From an uncultured Chloroflexia bacterium (GTDB lineage Bacteria; Chloroflexota; Anaerolineae; CG2-30-64-16): a stretch of DNA of 64,000 nucleotides. The notes under the pieces are model-generated. The model made no database searches and was not told where the DNA came from. It saw only the letters and a list, made by a program, of their open reading frames with translations. Below are positions 31,789-44,310 of the stretch, piece by piece (the first letter of the stretch is position 1; each line of letters starts with the position of its first letter). The stretch covers positions 672,001 through 736,000 of the forward strand of contig CAWEMM010000012.1 in assembly GCA_963810095.1 (NCBI GenBank), read 5' to 3'. Position numbers and translations under genes: made by a program.

Positions 31789-33142
31789 TTACGACAGGCG
31801 CAGCACGGGCAGGTCGAGCAGCCGCGCCAGCGCCAGCAGGGCGTCCAGGTGGTCGCCGTAGGTCAGGGAGATGTGGTGGTCCAGCCCTTCGGTCATGATG
31901 GTGTCGAAGCACCTCTTGGGCCGGGCGGTCGAACCGGATGCACGCCGGACGTGCCCGTGTAGCTCATCGGCGCGTGCTGCATTTCGCCCGCCGCCACGAC
32001 CAGCCGGTACTCGCCCGTGGCCTGGCTCAGGCGGGCGAGGGTGACGCGGCCCGGCTTCAGCGGGAACTCCATCAGGAGCGGCTTCTTGCGGTTCGAGTGG
32101 ACCGTCGTGCGGGGCCGCAAGTCGGGATCGGCCATCGAGAGCGGCGCGAGCCCGCAGTGCCACAGCACCGCCTCGTCCCGCTCCAGGTCCCAGCCGACCA
32201 TGTCGGTCCCAAAGGCGGGCTCGCCGCTCAAACCCTGGAGAATCAGCCCCGTGACCGTGCCGTTCACGTCGGCCTCGCACGAGCACGGCGTCATCTCGTC
32301 GGTCAGCAGCGACATCGCGCCGCACGCGGCGCCGCCCAGCTCGGTGAAGAACTCGGGCCAGCAGCGCACCGCCAGGCCCCGAAAAGGCGTTTTCGTCGGC
32401 CAGCCGCCCCAGCGTGACGTACGCGCCGAGCGTGTTGCGCAGCGGCTCCTGCTCCAGCTCGTCCAGGCCGTCCACCCGCTCGCTGCAGGTTCGCCAGCAC
32501 CGGGTCTACCGCGCTGACCGCCGCGCTCCGGGCGCCGTCGAACACTTCGGCCAGCCCGCGCTGCACCACCTGCACGCCCAGCCGGGCCGCCAGCGCATCG
32601 CCGTCATACGTGCACGGCTCGAAGCCGTCCGGGTTGAGCCCGAACCGCCCGATCCGGGCGCTCTTGAGGCGTGCGCCGCACCCGGCCCGCTTGTGCCAGC
32701 GTGAGCAGCTTCTGCATCGCCTGCGCGGTCTTCCGGCTCGGCGTAGACGTACTCATAGCTGAACCCGGCCCGGCGCAGCGCGTGCGCCGCCAGGTTGATG
32801 CCGCAGAACGAGTTCAGCCGCAGCCGGCCCCCGGTGCGCTCTTCGGGCAGCGCCCACAGCAGCAGTGGCGCGCCGGGCACGGTGCGGGCCAGGTCGACGA
32901 CCATGGTGCTGTCGGCGAACGAGGCCTGGAACGCGAGCAGCAGGTCGACCGGCTCGGACAGCAGCTCGGCCGGCCGCCGCCCGCACGCCGTCCAGGTCCA
33001 TCACGAGGTCGGCCGGACCGTGCACCACGCAGCCGGCCTCGTCGAGCCGGGCGCGCATGCGGGCCATCATTTCGGCCGCCAGGGGGACGTCGAAGGTGGG
33101 ACGGGCAATCGGAATGAAGCCGATGTGCAGCGTTGGTTTCAC
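31789..33142 (-). CDS. L-fucose-isomerase-family protein, probable SQ isomerase (SqvD/SftI-like); frameshifted
   Basis: [48 protein letters not shown]; GTG overlaps the ROK stop. Confidence 0.78.
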
Positions 33143-34490
33143 GGTTGGGTTCCTTGTCGGTAGAAGAATGCGTCGAGGGCGAGCGCGGCCGCACCGATGA
33201 CGCCCACCTTGCGGCCAAACGCCGTGGTGGAGAGGGTCACCCGCTCGCCCAGGCCGGCGAACGAGCGCCGGCGCATGGTCTCTTCGATGCGGGGCAGCAT
33301 CAGGTCGGCCCCGGCGGCGAACAGGCCGCCCAGGATGATCATGTCGGGGTTCACCAGGTTGACGAGGTTCGCCAGCGTCGTGCCCAGGTGGAAGGCCCGC
33401 TCGTCGAGCAGGGCGAGCGCGTCGCGGTCGCCCGCCGCGCCGCATCGAACACCGCATCGATGGCGCCACCGGGGCTGAGTGCGGCGTCGGCGGCAGCGCC
33501 TGGGCCAGGATCGAGCCGGGCGAGCGGCGCTGCGAGCACGGTGGCCTGCCGCACGATCTCCCCTTCGGACACCAACGTTTCGAGGCAGCCGGTGTTACCG
33601 CAGCGGCACGGCGCCCCGCCGGCAGGGATGACGGTCGTGTGCCCGATTTCGCCCGCGCCGTACTGCGTTCCCCGGTAGAACTCGCCGCCGATGACGAAGC
33701 CCGCGCCCACGCCGACCCGGCTGTAGACGAACGCCAGCATGTTCACGTCGCGGCCCGCGCCGAACATGGACTCGGCCAGGGCCATCGCGCGCACGTTGTT
33801 GTCGACCATGACCGGGCGGCCGGTGATCTCGGTCAGGATGTCGCCGACCGGGCACGTTGCGCCAGCCGAGGCTCGGGCGCGAGCACGTTGACGCCGGTGT
33901 GCGGGTCGGTGAGGCCGGACGCACCGACGCCGATGCCGACCAGGCCGGTCGCGGCAGCCGCCCGACTCGTCGAGCGCGGCGTCGGCGATGTCTGCGGCCA
34001 TGCGCAGCAGTTGCTCGGGCGACGACGCGCCGTCCTCGGGCTGGTGCAGCGATGCGGTAGGCCTGCAGCTCGCCAAACAGGTCGGTCACGCCCACGTGGA
34101 CCGTGTCGACGCCGATGTGGATGCCCACGGCGCAGCGTGCGTCGGGGATCAGGCGGACCAGGGTGGGGGGCGGCCGGCGCCCTTGCGCTCGACGTTCGAG
34201 CGCTCGACGGCCGTGCCTTCGACGTTCGAGCGCTCGAAGGGGAGCGCTCGCCTTCAGCAGGCTCCTTGCCCGCTTCCTCGACGATGCCCTGTTCCAGCAG
34301 TTGCGTGACGAGGTTGGTGATGGTCGTGGACGACAAGGCCGGTGAGGCGGGCCATGTCGACCCGGGAGATGGGGCCGCAGCGCAGCAGCGTCGAAAGGAT
34401 CGCGTGCAGGTTATGTTCTTTGACGTCAGAAATCGACCGGCCCCGGGGGAGGACGGTGCTATTAAGGGCGAGGGGATGGTGGAGCTTCAT
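33139..34490 (-). CDS. ROK family transcriptional repressor (frameshifted)
   Basis: N-terminal HTH (GPISRVDMARLTGL), DNNVRAMALAE, GAGEIGH, CRCGNTGCLE. Confidence 0.88.
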
Positions 34491-34517
34491 TGGTCGCGCC
34501 TGATCACCCGGGAGGAA

Positions 34518-34579
34518 TTAATTAATCAAGAGTAGAAATAATATAACGTGAGTATAGGTCGTCGGCGGGCGTTTGTCAA
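34518..34579 (-). promoter_or_regulatory. Sigma70 promoter with AT-rich ROK-type operator
   Basis: TTGACA (34574-79)-17 bp-TATACT (34551-56) on minus strand; TTAATT-N12-AAATAA just downstream. Confidence 0.7.
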
Positions 34580-34617
34580 GCCCTGAAAAATACGCCAGAG
34601 TGGCTAGCGAGTATCTA

Positions 34618-34789
34618 AGAGTGGGGGCAAGGTCAGCGGAGCATCCTGAGCGGAGCGGAGTGAAACGTAGCGCAGTCGAAGGATGCGGAGCGGCTTAGCG
34701 CTGGGAGGGCCGCATCCTTCGACTGCGGCACGCCAGCTGCGCTGGCGCCTCCGCTCAGGACGCTTTCGCCCCGGAAGTGGAACGCACCC
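34618..34789. mobile_element. MITE/REP-like element (same family as 59172-59353)
   Basis: Shared CATCCTGAGCGGAG/GTCGAAGGATGC palindromes; right end AACGCACCC. Confidence 0.75.
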
Positions 34790-34901
34790 AAAATGGAAAG
34801 AAAAGCGGGCTCACGGTCGGGAGGGAAAGGAGCGTGCGGCGCACGAGGGGGTGCGCCGCACGTTGACCGGGGGAGGCTCGACTGCGGGTGGCAGCGTCGC
34901 G

Positions 34902-36300
34902 CTACATCCCTGCGGTGGCGGCGCTGTCGGCGCGCTGCCCATGGAATGTGCGACCCACCAGGTCGAAGCCCTTTTGCGCCTGGGTGCCCAGGAAAGCGCC
35001 TGCCCTGCCGGCAAGCGGCCCGACGAACGCCGCCGCCTTACCGGCGCCATCTCCCACTGCTCCAGCAGCAGTGCTGGCGGCAGACCCGACGCTGCGAGCG
35101 GCCGAGCCTACTGCCCCGGCCACGTCGGGCAGCTTACCGGCTACCCGCCCCTTCAGGTCTGACTTGGTGAAAGGCGTGGTGAGTTGGCCGCGCAGCTCGT
35201 ACTGGCCCGCGCCGGCCTCCGCGCCTGCGCCCACGCCGAGACGTGCGGCCGGCGCACGGACACTCGCGTCCACGCTTGCATGGCTCGGTCCGGCGGCCGG
35301 GTTGAGCGCGATGAAGGTCGACACCCGGACGCTGCCGTCGAACACCGTGTCCGGCTCGATGGCCGACGTGAGCTGGCCCTCGATCAGGACGCCGTCGCGG
35401 CTGAGCGTCAGCTCGCCCAGCACGCTCGCCAGCCTGTGCATCGACGCCGAGTTGAGCGGGCAGCAGGCCCGCGTCGACGACATAGCCCCCGCGCAGGGTC
35501 AGGCGGCTCTTGGCGATGTCCTTGTTGAACGTGCCCGAGAGGCCGTACTGCGTTCGCTCACGCAGCGGCAGCGTGTCGGGGACATAGGGCCCAAGCGGGG
35601 TGCTTTCGAGAATGCCGCCGAGCAGTGCAATCTGGTCGGTCAGCGACAGGGTCACCTGGCCGTCGAGGTAGGCGACCGGGTCCACGGTGTCGACCACCAG
35701 TGTCAGGCGCTGGCCCGGCGTGAACGCCAGCGATGCGGGCTCGGAACTGCCCGGCGCGCGGCCGGCCACTGCCATGAAGCTGTTCGCATTGAAGAACAGG
35801 TAGGGGCGGTCGGGCTGCAGCCGGCCGTCGGCAAGGGGGATGTTCTTGCCCAGGTCGAGCCCGACGCTGGCCCGGGCGGGCGTGACCACGTTGACGTCGT
35901 TCAGCAGGCCGAACGTGGGAAACGGCATGTCGGCCGAACCGTTAAGCCGGCTGATCTTGCCGTCGGGAGCGACTTCAACCTGCAGCCGGGCATTGGTCAG
36001 CGTGAGCTGGCCGATGGGCAGCGAGAGGGTGAGGTCCTTCTGGGCGTCGAGCGTGGCTTGGGTCGCGCCGTCCGCCGTCGTCGTGAAAGGGAGTTGAGTC
36101 AGCGCGAGGTTCGCGCCGAGTTGGAGCAGGCCGAGCGGACCGGCTGCAGCACCTGTAATCTGGCACAAGCCGCCCGCACACTGCAGCGCGGGGGGCGGGG
36201 GTTGGGGCTGGGCGACCTCCGCAGCCGCCGGGCTCACCACGCCGGCGACCAGCGCGACGACGGAGAGCAGAACAAGACCGATCTTCCTGTGTGACTTCAT
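34902..36300 (-). CDS. Secreted hypothetical protein (frameshift near 35435)
   Basis: GGAGG RBS, signal peptide MKSHRKIGLVLL.., beta-rich body; no family recognised. Confidence 0.55.
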
Positions 36301-36635
36301 GCGATTCCCTCCAGCATGAACGGGCCGGCGGGCGGGACCGGATGAATGAGAATGAAACCGGGTCCGCACGCGCGATAAGGACGCGCCCGAGCAGTCTCGC
36401 GGCGCTGATGAGTGTAGTCTATCCCGAATTTCGCTTAGCTACCTGAGAGAAATGCTGACACCGAGCCGATAGTCAGCGGACGAAGGCATTCTAGCGGCCG
36501 GCTGTGTTGGAACAGATTAAGAACGAGTATGGATCAAAGTAGGGCGGGCCGCACCTGGGGCCGCACTTTGCCCGCCCGGCGCACCCCTTGTAAAATGGCT
36601 CTCCGAACCTCCATGCCAGACAGGAAGACGCGACC

Positions 36636-37070
36636 ATGAAATCGACCGCAGAAGTCATCATCGACCGGCCCCGGGAAAAGGTGCTCGAACTGATTATGGC
36701 GCCCGGCAATTTCGCCATGTGGCAGCCGGGCGTCAAGACGTTCCAGCTGCTCAGCGGGCAGCAGGGTTATCCCGGCGCCAAGGCGAAGGTGGTCATCGAG
36801 ACGCACGGGATCAAGCTCGAGATGACCGAAACGATCGTCGAGCGCAAGCTGCCCGACGTGTACACGCTGCGCTATGATGGCAAGGGCGTGAAGAACGTGG
36901 TGGAGAACCGGTTCTACGAGGCCGGGCCGGGGCAGACCCGCTGGGTGATGACCAACACGCTCGACGTGAGCCTGATGATGGCGATGGCCGCGCCGGTCAT
37001 CCACGATATCGTGACGAAGCAGAACGCCGAGTCGATGCGACGCTTTAAGGCGTGGGCGGAGGAGGGGTAG
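36636..37070 (+). CDS. SRPBCC/START-like family protein
   Basis: EVIIDRPREKV...WQPG...MTETIVER...MRRFKAWAE. Confidence 0.75.
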   Translation: MKSTAEVIIDRPREKVLELIMAPGNFAMWQPGVKTFQLLSGQQGYPGAKAKVVIETHGIKLEMTETIVERKLPDVYTLRYDGKGVKNVVENRFYEAGPGQTRWVMTNTLDVSLMMAMAAPVIHDIVTKQNAESMRRFKAWAEEG

Positions 37071-37248
37071 GCGGAGGGGTAGGGAGGACTGGGGGGGCGC
37101 CGGAGAAGAGCGAGCCTCGAAGATTGTATCACACCGGCTGCTGCCTTGCGCCAGCCAACTCAATCGCGCGCCCTGTCCCCTGCCGCGTGGTATACTTGGG
37201 GCGTCACCCGGGCCTTTCTTCGGGATCGATCTCCACAAGGAGCTCCAA

Positions 37249-38250
37249 TTGCCTGACGCACTTCACGCGCGACATCTGACACGTAAGGAACTGCTCAGGA
37301 GCGCCGGAGCGCTGGCCGTTGGGTCCTGGCTGGCGGCATGCGCGGGGGAGACCCCGGCCCCATCGCCAACCGGCGCGCCGGAGCCCGCTCCCGTCGCACA
37401 GGTTTCCACAACCCCAACGGGCGGAGCAACCATGCAGCCATGCGACAAGACCCTCAACATCGCGCATCGCGGCGCGCTGGCTCGCGCCCGAGAACACGCT
37501 TGCCGCGGCCCGCAAGGCTCTGGCGATCGGCGCGGACATGTGGGAGCTGGATGTGGCGATGTCGGGCGACGGGGAACTGTTCGTGGTACACGACGATACG
37601 TTGGAGCGGACCTCGAACGCAGCTCAGGTCTTCCCCCAGCGCCGCCCGTGGTCGAACCACACCTTCACCCTGGCCGAGATCCGCAGCCTGGATTTTGGTT
37701 CCTGGTTCGTCGAGCAAGACCCGTTTAAGCAGATCCAGTCCGGGCAAGTGAGCGCTGCGGAACAAGCGGCCTACCGGGGTGAGCGCGCGCCACGCTGCGC
37801 GAGGCGCTGGTCTTTACGCGCGAGAACAACTGGCGGGTCAACGTGGAGCTGAAGGACCTGAGCGGCCTGCCGGGCGATGCCACGGTCGTTGAACGGACCG
37901 TGGAGCTGATTCGGGAATTGGGTATGGTCGAGCGGGTGCTGATTTCATCCTTCAATCACAGCTACCTGCCGCGCGTGAAGGTCGCCGACCCGCGCATTGC
38001 CACAGGCGCGCTCGTCACCGATGCCGACCCCGACCCCCTGGCCCTGGTGCGCCGGCTGGGCAGCCAGGCGTACAATCCCCGCGTCACCGCGATCCGGCCC
38101 GACGCGATCCCCGCGCTGCGCGACGGCGGGTGCGATGTGTACATCTGGACGGTGAACGATGAGGCGATCATGCGCGGCCTGGTTGCCGCCCGGGCGAGCG
38201 GCATCTTCACCGATTTTCCACAGGTGCTGAAGCCCATCGTCGCGTGCTGA
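37249..38250 (+). CDS. Glycerophosphodiester phosphodiesterase with Tat-like lipoprotein leader (frameshifted)
   Basis: IAHRG, PENTLAA, ELDV, HDDTLERT, NVELK, ISSF, WTVND, TDFP. Confidence 0.85.
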
Positions 38251-38887
38251 ACGCGTCCGCTGGCCGCAGCATGGCATAGACCGTGACGTCGCTGCCCGGC
38301 ATCCGGCCTTCCTCTGCCACGCCGAAGCCGTATTTCTGGTAGAAACCGACGTTGCGGGCGTAGTGCGTCTCCAGGTAAACCGGCATGCCTTCTCGGTCGG
38401 CACGTCCGAGCATGGGCCTGAGGAGAGCAGAGCCGATCCCCTGGCCCTGGCACTCAGGCTCCACCCCGATCGCGAACAAGTACCAGTGGCGGCCCGGCAC
38501 GCAGCGCCTGTGCAGCGCGTCGGCGTACAGGTCATTGGCGATGTTCCCGATCAGCTCCCGGGGCCGCAGTCGAAAGAGCAATGCTCCCATGCCAGCAGCC
38601 AGCTCGCGGGGCAAGCTCTTGTGTGTTGCGCCCGGCGGCAGCCAGCACGCCACCCCGGCGAATCCGGGCGCAGCCCACGCCTCGCCGTGGCGGATGGAGT
38701 AGCGGCACGCGGCGGACCAGGTGTGATACTGGGCTTCGTCCCGGCGTCGCTCGTTGGGGAATAGGAATGTGATGGCGGGGTAGTCGTGGAAGGCGCGCGC
38801 CAGCAGCCGGCCCGCCTCACCGGCCTGCTTCCACGTCAACCGCACAAGGGGGGTGTTCTCGCCGGCAGTGCTCGCTGTCGTAAACAT
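38207..38887 (-). CDS. GNAT N-acetyltransferase
   Basis: HWYLFAIGVEP..QGQGIG, VYLET, NVGFYQKYGF. Confidence 0.85.
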   Translation of the reverse strand: MFTTASTAGENTPLVRLTWKQAGEAGRLLARAFHDYPAITFLFPNERRRDEAQYHTWSAACRYSIRHGEAWAAPGFAGVACWLPPGATHKSLPRELAAGMGALLFRLRPRELIGNIANDLYADALHRRCVPGRHWYLFAIGVEPECQGQGIGSALLRPMLGRADREGMPVYLETHYARNVGFYQKYGFGVAEEGRMPGSDVTVYAMLRPADAFSTRRWASAPVENR

Positions 38888-39083
38888 GTGGCAGCCTCCC
38901 TCAGCGTGCTGCGCGGAGTGACTCCGGGACGAATCTGAGTTTCGGGGCTTAACACTCCATCCAGCCGGCTCCGATCTCAGGCCGCTTGTTCTTCCAACTC
39001 GATCAAATCATATGGCGTGCTCTGCACCCCGATCCTGTTCTCCGCAAGCAGTCGCACGAGTTGGCGAGTTGAAGACGTCGCCC

Positions 39084-40622
<1,539 letters not shown>

Positions 40623-40623
<1 letters not shown>

Positions 40624-41222
40624 TAGTCCTTATTAAACGCGTTGGGCAATGCATCCGGATGCAGTTGGTCGGCGCTCCAGCGCGCTGGGTTACCCTGGAT
40701 GTACTCCTCAATGCGGCGCAGCTCGCTCTCGTTGCGAATCACGTGCTCCCAGTAGTTGCGCTGCCAGAACCTCGCGCCCGGCATTTCGCGCAGCAGATTG
40801 ACGGCCTTGGTCGTTTGGTATTTGTAGTATGCCACGATTTGACCCAACGTGGGCTGTAGGGGCGGGGTCTCCCCGCCCGGAGGGCCTGCGAGCGCGCATG
40901 GGAGCCTGGGCGGGGAGACCCCGCCCCTACAGGTGTTGGCGCAGGATGGGTTGTCGAGGATCACGATGTTCGCGTGGGTGTGATTGGGCATGACGACGAA
41001 TGTCGTGACGGCGACGTTCGGGAAACGGGCTGGGATCTGTGCCCAGTATTGAGACGCAATTTCGCCGCAGGCGTTGGGGATCATGACCCCGCAGTCGATG
41101 TTACCCAATGTGCATTCACGTTGGTGTGTACAGACGGTAACGAAATAGACGCCCGGCTGCGCATAATCGAACTGCGGTATGCGGATTGACCGGCGGTGCT
41201 GGGTGTCAGGGTCGTATGTCAT
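40623..41222 (-). mobile_element. REP-associated tyrosine (Y1/IS200-like) transposase
   Basis: RRSIR...YFVTVCT, VVMPNHTH (HUH), WQRNYWEHVIRNE, YI..NP. Confidence 0.88.
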
Positions 41223-41271
41223 CGGCAGTGGGGGCGCGGCGGCGTGAGCCGGTGGGTTGGGTAGGCATAGA

Positions 41272-41610
41272 TCAGTCTTCCGGCGCGTACTGAGCGCGGT
41301 CTTCGTGCAGCGCCGTCGCCTGATTCTCTTCCTGAAGCGGCACGAGGCGAACTTCGAGACGCGCCCCCAGGGCCTCCGCAACCTTGCGCAAGAAGGAGAG
41401 CGTCGGCGTCGAAGCGCCGCTCTCGAGGCGCGCGATGCCCGGCTGCTTCGTGCCCACCAGCTCGGCAAGCTGTTCTTGCGTTAGCCCCCGAAGGATGCGC
41501 AGACGAGCAACCTGGTACGCCGGCTCCAGCTCGGCCAGTGCGGTCACGAATTGCGGGTCGCGCATCTGCTCGGCTTCCCATTCTTGCAGCGGCAGCAGCC
41601 TTCTCGACAT
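41272..41610 (-). CDS. Xre-HTH antitoxin (HigA-like)
   Basis: RILRGLTQEQLAELVGTKQPGIARLESG. Confidence 0.85.
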   Translation of the reverse strand: MSRRLLPLQEWEAEQMRDPQFVTALAELEPAYQVARLRILRGLTQEQLAELVGTKQPGIARLESGASTPTLSFLRKVAEALGARLEVRLVPLQEENQATALHEDRAQYAPED

Positions 41611-41958
41611 CAGTCCTCCGTCAACTCCGCCATGCGTTTCTCGGCAGTGGCGATCTCCTCCGCCGGCGCCTTCCGTCCTTGCTTACGGTAGCCGTGCAAC
41701 AACACGAAGGTCCGATCGACATGCGCGAAGTAGAAGATGCCGTTCGGACCCGGTCGCAGCTCCCAGAGCTTGGGATGCCCGCTGACCGGCCGTGCATGGG
41801 GCATGCCGAGCAGAGTGCCAAACTCGCACAGGAGGCGGAACGCATTCTCGGCCTCCACCGCGTTCATGCGGCGGCAGCTTGCTCAGAAACTCGACCAACG
41901 GGCTCCTGGCCCGCCGGTCGGTGTAGAACGCGATCCGCCATCGACGGTCGTCGGTCAA
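41610..41958 (-). CDS. RelE/ParE (HigB/Gp49-like) toxin (frameshift near 41870)
   Basis: WRIAFY, GMPHARP, LWELR, FVLLHGYRKQ..K.P. Confidence 0.8.
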
Positions 41959-41970
41959 GGTGATGCACCT

Positions 41971-41999
41971 AATATAACGTCTTTGTTATACTAAGTCAA
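41971..41999 (-). promoter_or_regulatory. Toxin-antitoxin promoter with palindromic operator
   Basis: TTGACT-17 bp-TATATT on minus strand; TATAAC-N6-GTTATA overlaps the -10/spacer. Confidence 0.65.
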
Positions 42000-42103
42000 G
42001 ACGCGCCACCAGGCGTTGACCACCGATTTGGAGTTCGTCGCGCAGGACGTCGGATTGCTTCCAGACCCTTTGTCCATGGCCGTAGGCTGGATGCGTCCTG
42101 CCC

Positions 42104-42778
42104 TTACCCGCGTTGCGCTGGCTGGTTTCTGCCGCTTCGAAGCTTATTCCTTTGCTCTATTAGGATTTGGCGGTTTAGCAACTCTAGTAGCTTTGTGGCA
42201 CCAGCGATGTCGTTCTTCATTTCGTCGCAGTCTTGCCTTAGCGCGTCGACTTTGCCCTGCGCGGTACGCACTGCGGGCATAGGCTCGCGACGCAGGGCGA
42301 GCCATTTGTTGAGGTGATACGCGAGCCCAGCCGCACAAGCAATGGCGAGGGCTAACCACAGCACGGCATCTGTGGAGCCACCCTGTGCTACAGCAAGCAG
42401 AAACATAACCACCAAGCCAGCGCCAAACCCCAGAACAAACTTCGAAAGCCGGTCCTCTTCCAACTTCTGCTCAGCAAGCGCCTTTGCGGCTTCGGCCTCG
42501 GCGAGCGGGATTTCGCTCTCACGTCTGACGAGTTCGCCTTGCGTTCGCACGATAAAGTCTCTCCATTCTTCTTCCTCCTCCTTAACTTCTCTGCTCGTCC
42601 TGACCGAGAGGAGGCGCTCTATCGCAGCTTGCAGTGAGAGCAGGACCCGTCGCCCGTCAGCGTCCTCTTCGAACTTCTGCCAAATGTGGCAGTACGAACA
42701 CTCATAGTAGACTCGTTCGGCTTTGGGCTCAATCGGCGCGCCGCACTTGACGCACTGGTAAACAATCGTTGCGCTCAT
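42104..42778 (-). CDS. Hypothetical Zn-ribbon / coiled-coil / 2-TM protein
   Basis: CVKC..CSYC, coiled coils flanking two hydrophobic helices; lower GC. Confidence 0.6.
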   Translation of the reverse strand: MSATIVYQCVKCGAPIEPKAERVYYECSYCHIWQKFEEDADGRRVLLSLQAAIERLLSVRTSREVKEEEEEWRDFIVRTQGELVRRESEIPLAEAEAAKALAEQKLEEDRLSKFVLGFGAGLVVMFLLAVAQGGSTDAVLWLALAIACAAGLAYHLNKWLALRREPMPAVRTAQGKVDALRQDCDEMKNDIAGATKLLELLNRQILIEQRNKLRSGRNQPAQRG

Positions 42779-42909
42779 TGTCCCTCTGATGCTGATGCGA
42801 TAAGCCGGCGCAAGAAACGGGCTTTGACGCACTTCCCGGCTCCAATGGTCAGCCCGCCAGTTTTGCCAAAGTCGCCTTCAACGAATGTCGATCTCAACGT
42901 GAAGGATAG

Positions 42910-44296
42910 CTACAAAAGCTTCCCTTCAAACGCCCGCTTCAGCACCGCCTGCCGCAGCCGCTCAGCGCGAGCCAGGTTGGCTTCGACACTCTCGTCTAGC
43001 GACCGAATCACGGACAATGCCCGTTCGACCTCCGCCACAATGCGATGCTGTTCCTGCAGGGGGGGTAAGGGAACGGCTAGGGGCCGTAGATCGCCGCATG
43101 TTCACATGAGGGGCCGCAGTGCCAGCTGATAAATGGACGATACTGAGTCCGAAAGATGGCCGAGTTCAAGACCTTCTCCAGATATGCTCCCAGCAGGGCC
43201 CTGCTCGGCCTGAAGATCATCATCCGTTGACCGAGGCAGAAGGGCAGGTCTTCGGGGACGCGACAGCGATTCCGAGCAAGCTCGCCTCGCGGCTGAAGAT
43301 CATGTCTCCCGCCTCTGGCGTCATCCGACGATTCCGTTCAATGAAGATGTGCTCATCGACATAGCGTCCCCGTTCGACAATAATTCGCCCTGGCTCTATG
43401 CAGTTCGCGTCAACGCAGAGCGTGCCCCTCTCCTGGAACACCGGCGTGCTGTGAAGGCAATCGACAATGCGGTCAGACACCAGCTCAACACTTGCCCAGC
43501 ACCACCCCGCCGGCAACTCCGGCAACCCCTCTACGTCCGGCCCTTCCGGCTCCACGTACTTCTTCCCCGGGTGCTCCGCCTCCCACTTCGCGCGGCGCTC
43601 GGCGAGGATGCGGCGCAGGAGGACGTCCGCCGGCTCGTCGTTCGGGTCCTGAGGGACGAGGCGACCTTCGCAGGCGGCTTTGAGGACGGCGGCGCGATAA
43701 CGGCGGAGGTTGGCTTGGACGCGGCGCAGGGCACTAACTCGCCGGCTCCAGACCGGCTGAAATGCTGTTCGATCTCGGCGACGATCGCGCTGTTGATCCT
43801 CGTAGGGCGGAAGTGGAATGAGCAAGGTCTTCAATGCTCGCGTTGTCGAAGATTATCGATGTTGATGCCCGACGACGCTTCGCTGAACGAGATGCGCTAA
43901 CGGCGTGGAGCCGATAGCAGATAGCACCGAAGTGGGGATCAATCGCCGATCGACCTTCAGCCGACATGAAGCGTCCCGAGAGAGCCCGATCCAGCACTGC
44001 TTGCAGCGAGCCGTCTTGCCCACTAGATGTCATTGCTGCCGCTGGACAATGCAGAGAACCACGTCGCACGGCCTCAGCATTGATGCGGCTTGCGAACCGA
44101 TTTGGCACGTAGACCAGGTGTTCCGTCCACGACGAGCCGATCATGCCTGCACGTTCGTGGCCCGGAGTGATCGGGGAATAGCCTTCTTGTCGGCGTTCCT
44201 CCGTGCCGACAACTCCGTCATAGCGTACGCCTCAGACGCCTCCAGCCGACCAGTCGCCAGTTGGCTGCCTGCAATCGCATTCGCCGAAGGCTTCAT
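42910..44296 (-). CDS. hsdS: Type I R-M specificity subunit (heavily frameshifted; boundaries approximate)
   Basis: IPLPPYEDQ, AVLKAACEGRLVPQDPNDEPA, ELPAGW.W, EQHRIVAEVE, RQAVLKRAFEGKL. Confidence 0.8.
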
Positions 44297-44310
44297 ACGT
44301 ACCAGACGCC

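Noticed and set aside
38890-39080. tRNA or integration site at the left edge of the R-M island
   Set aside because: No cloverleaf or T-loop consensus and no matching repeat at the right edge.
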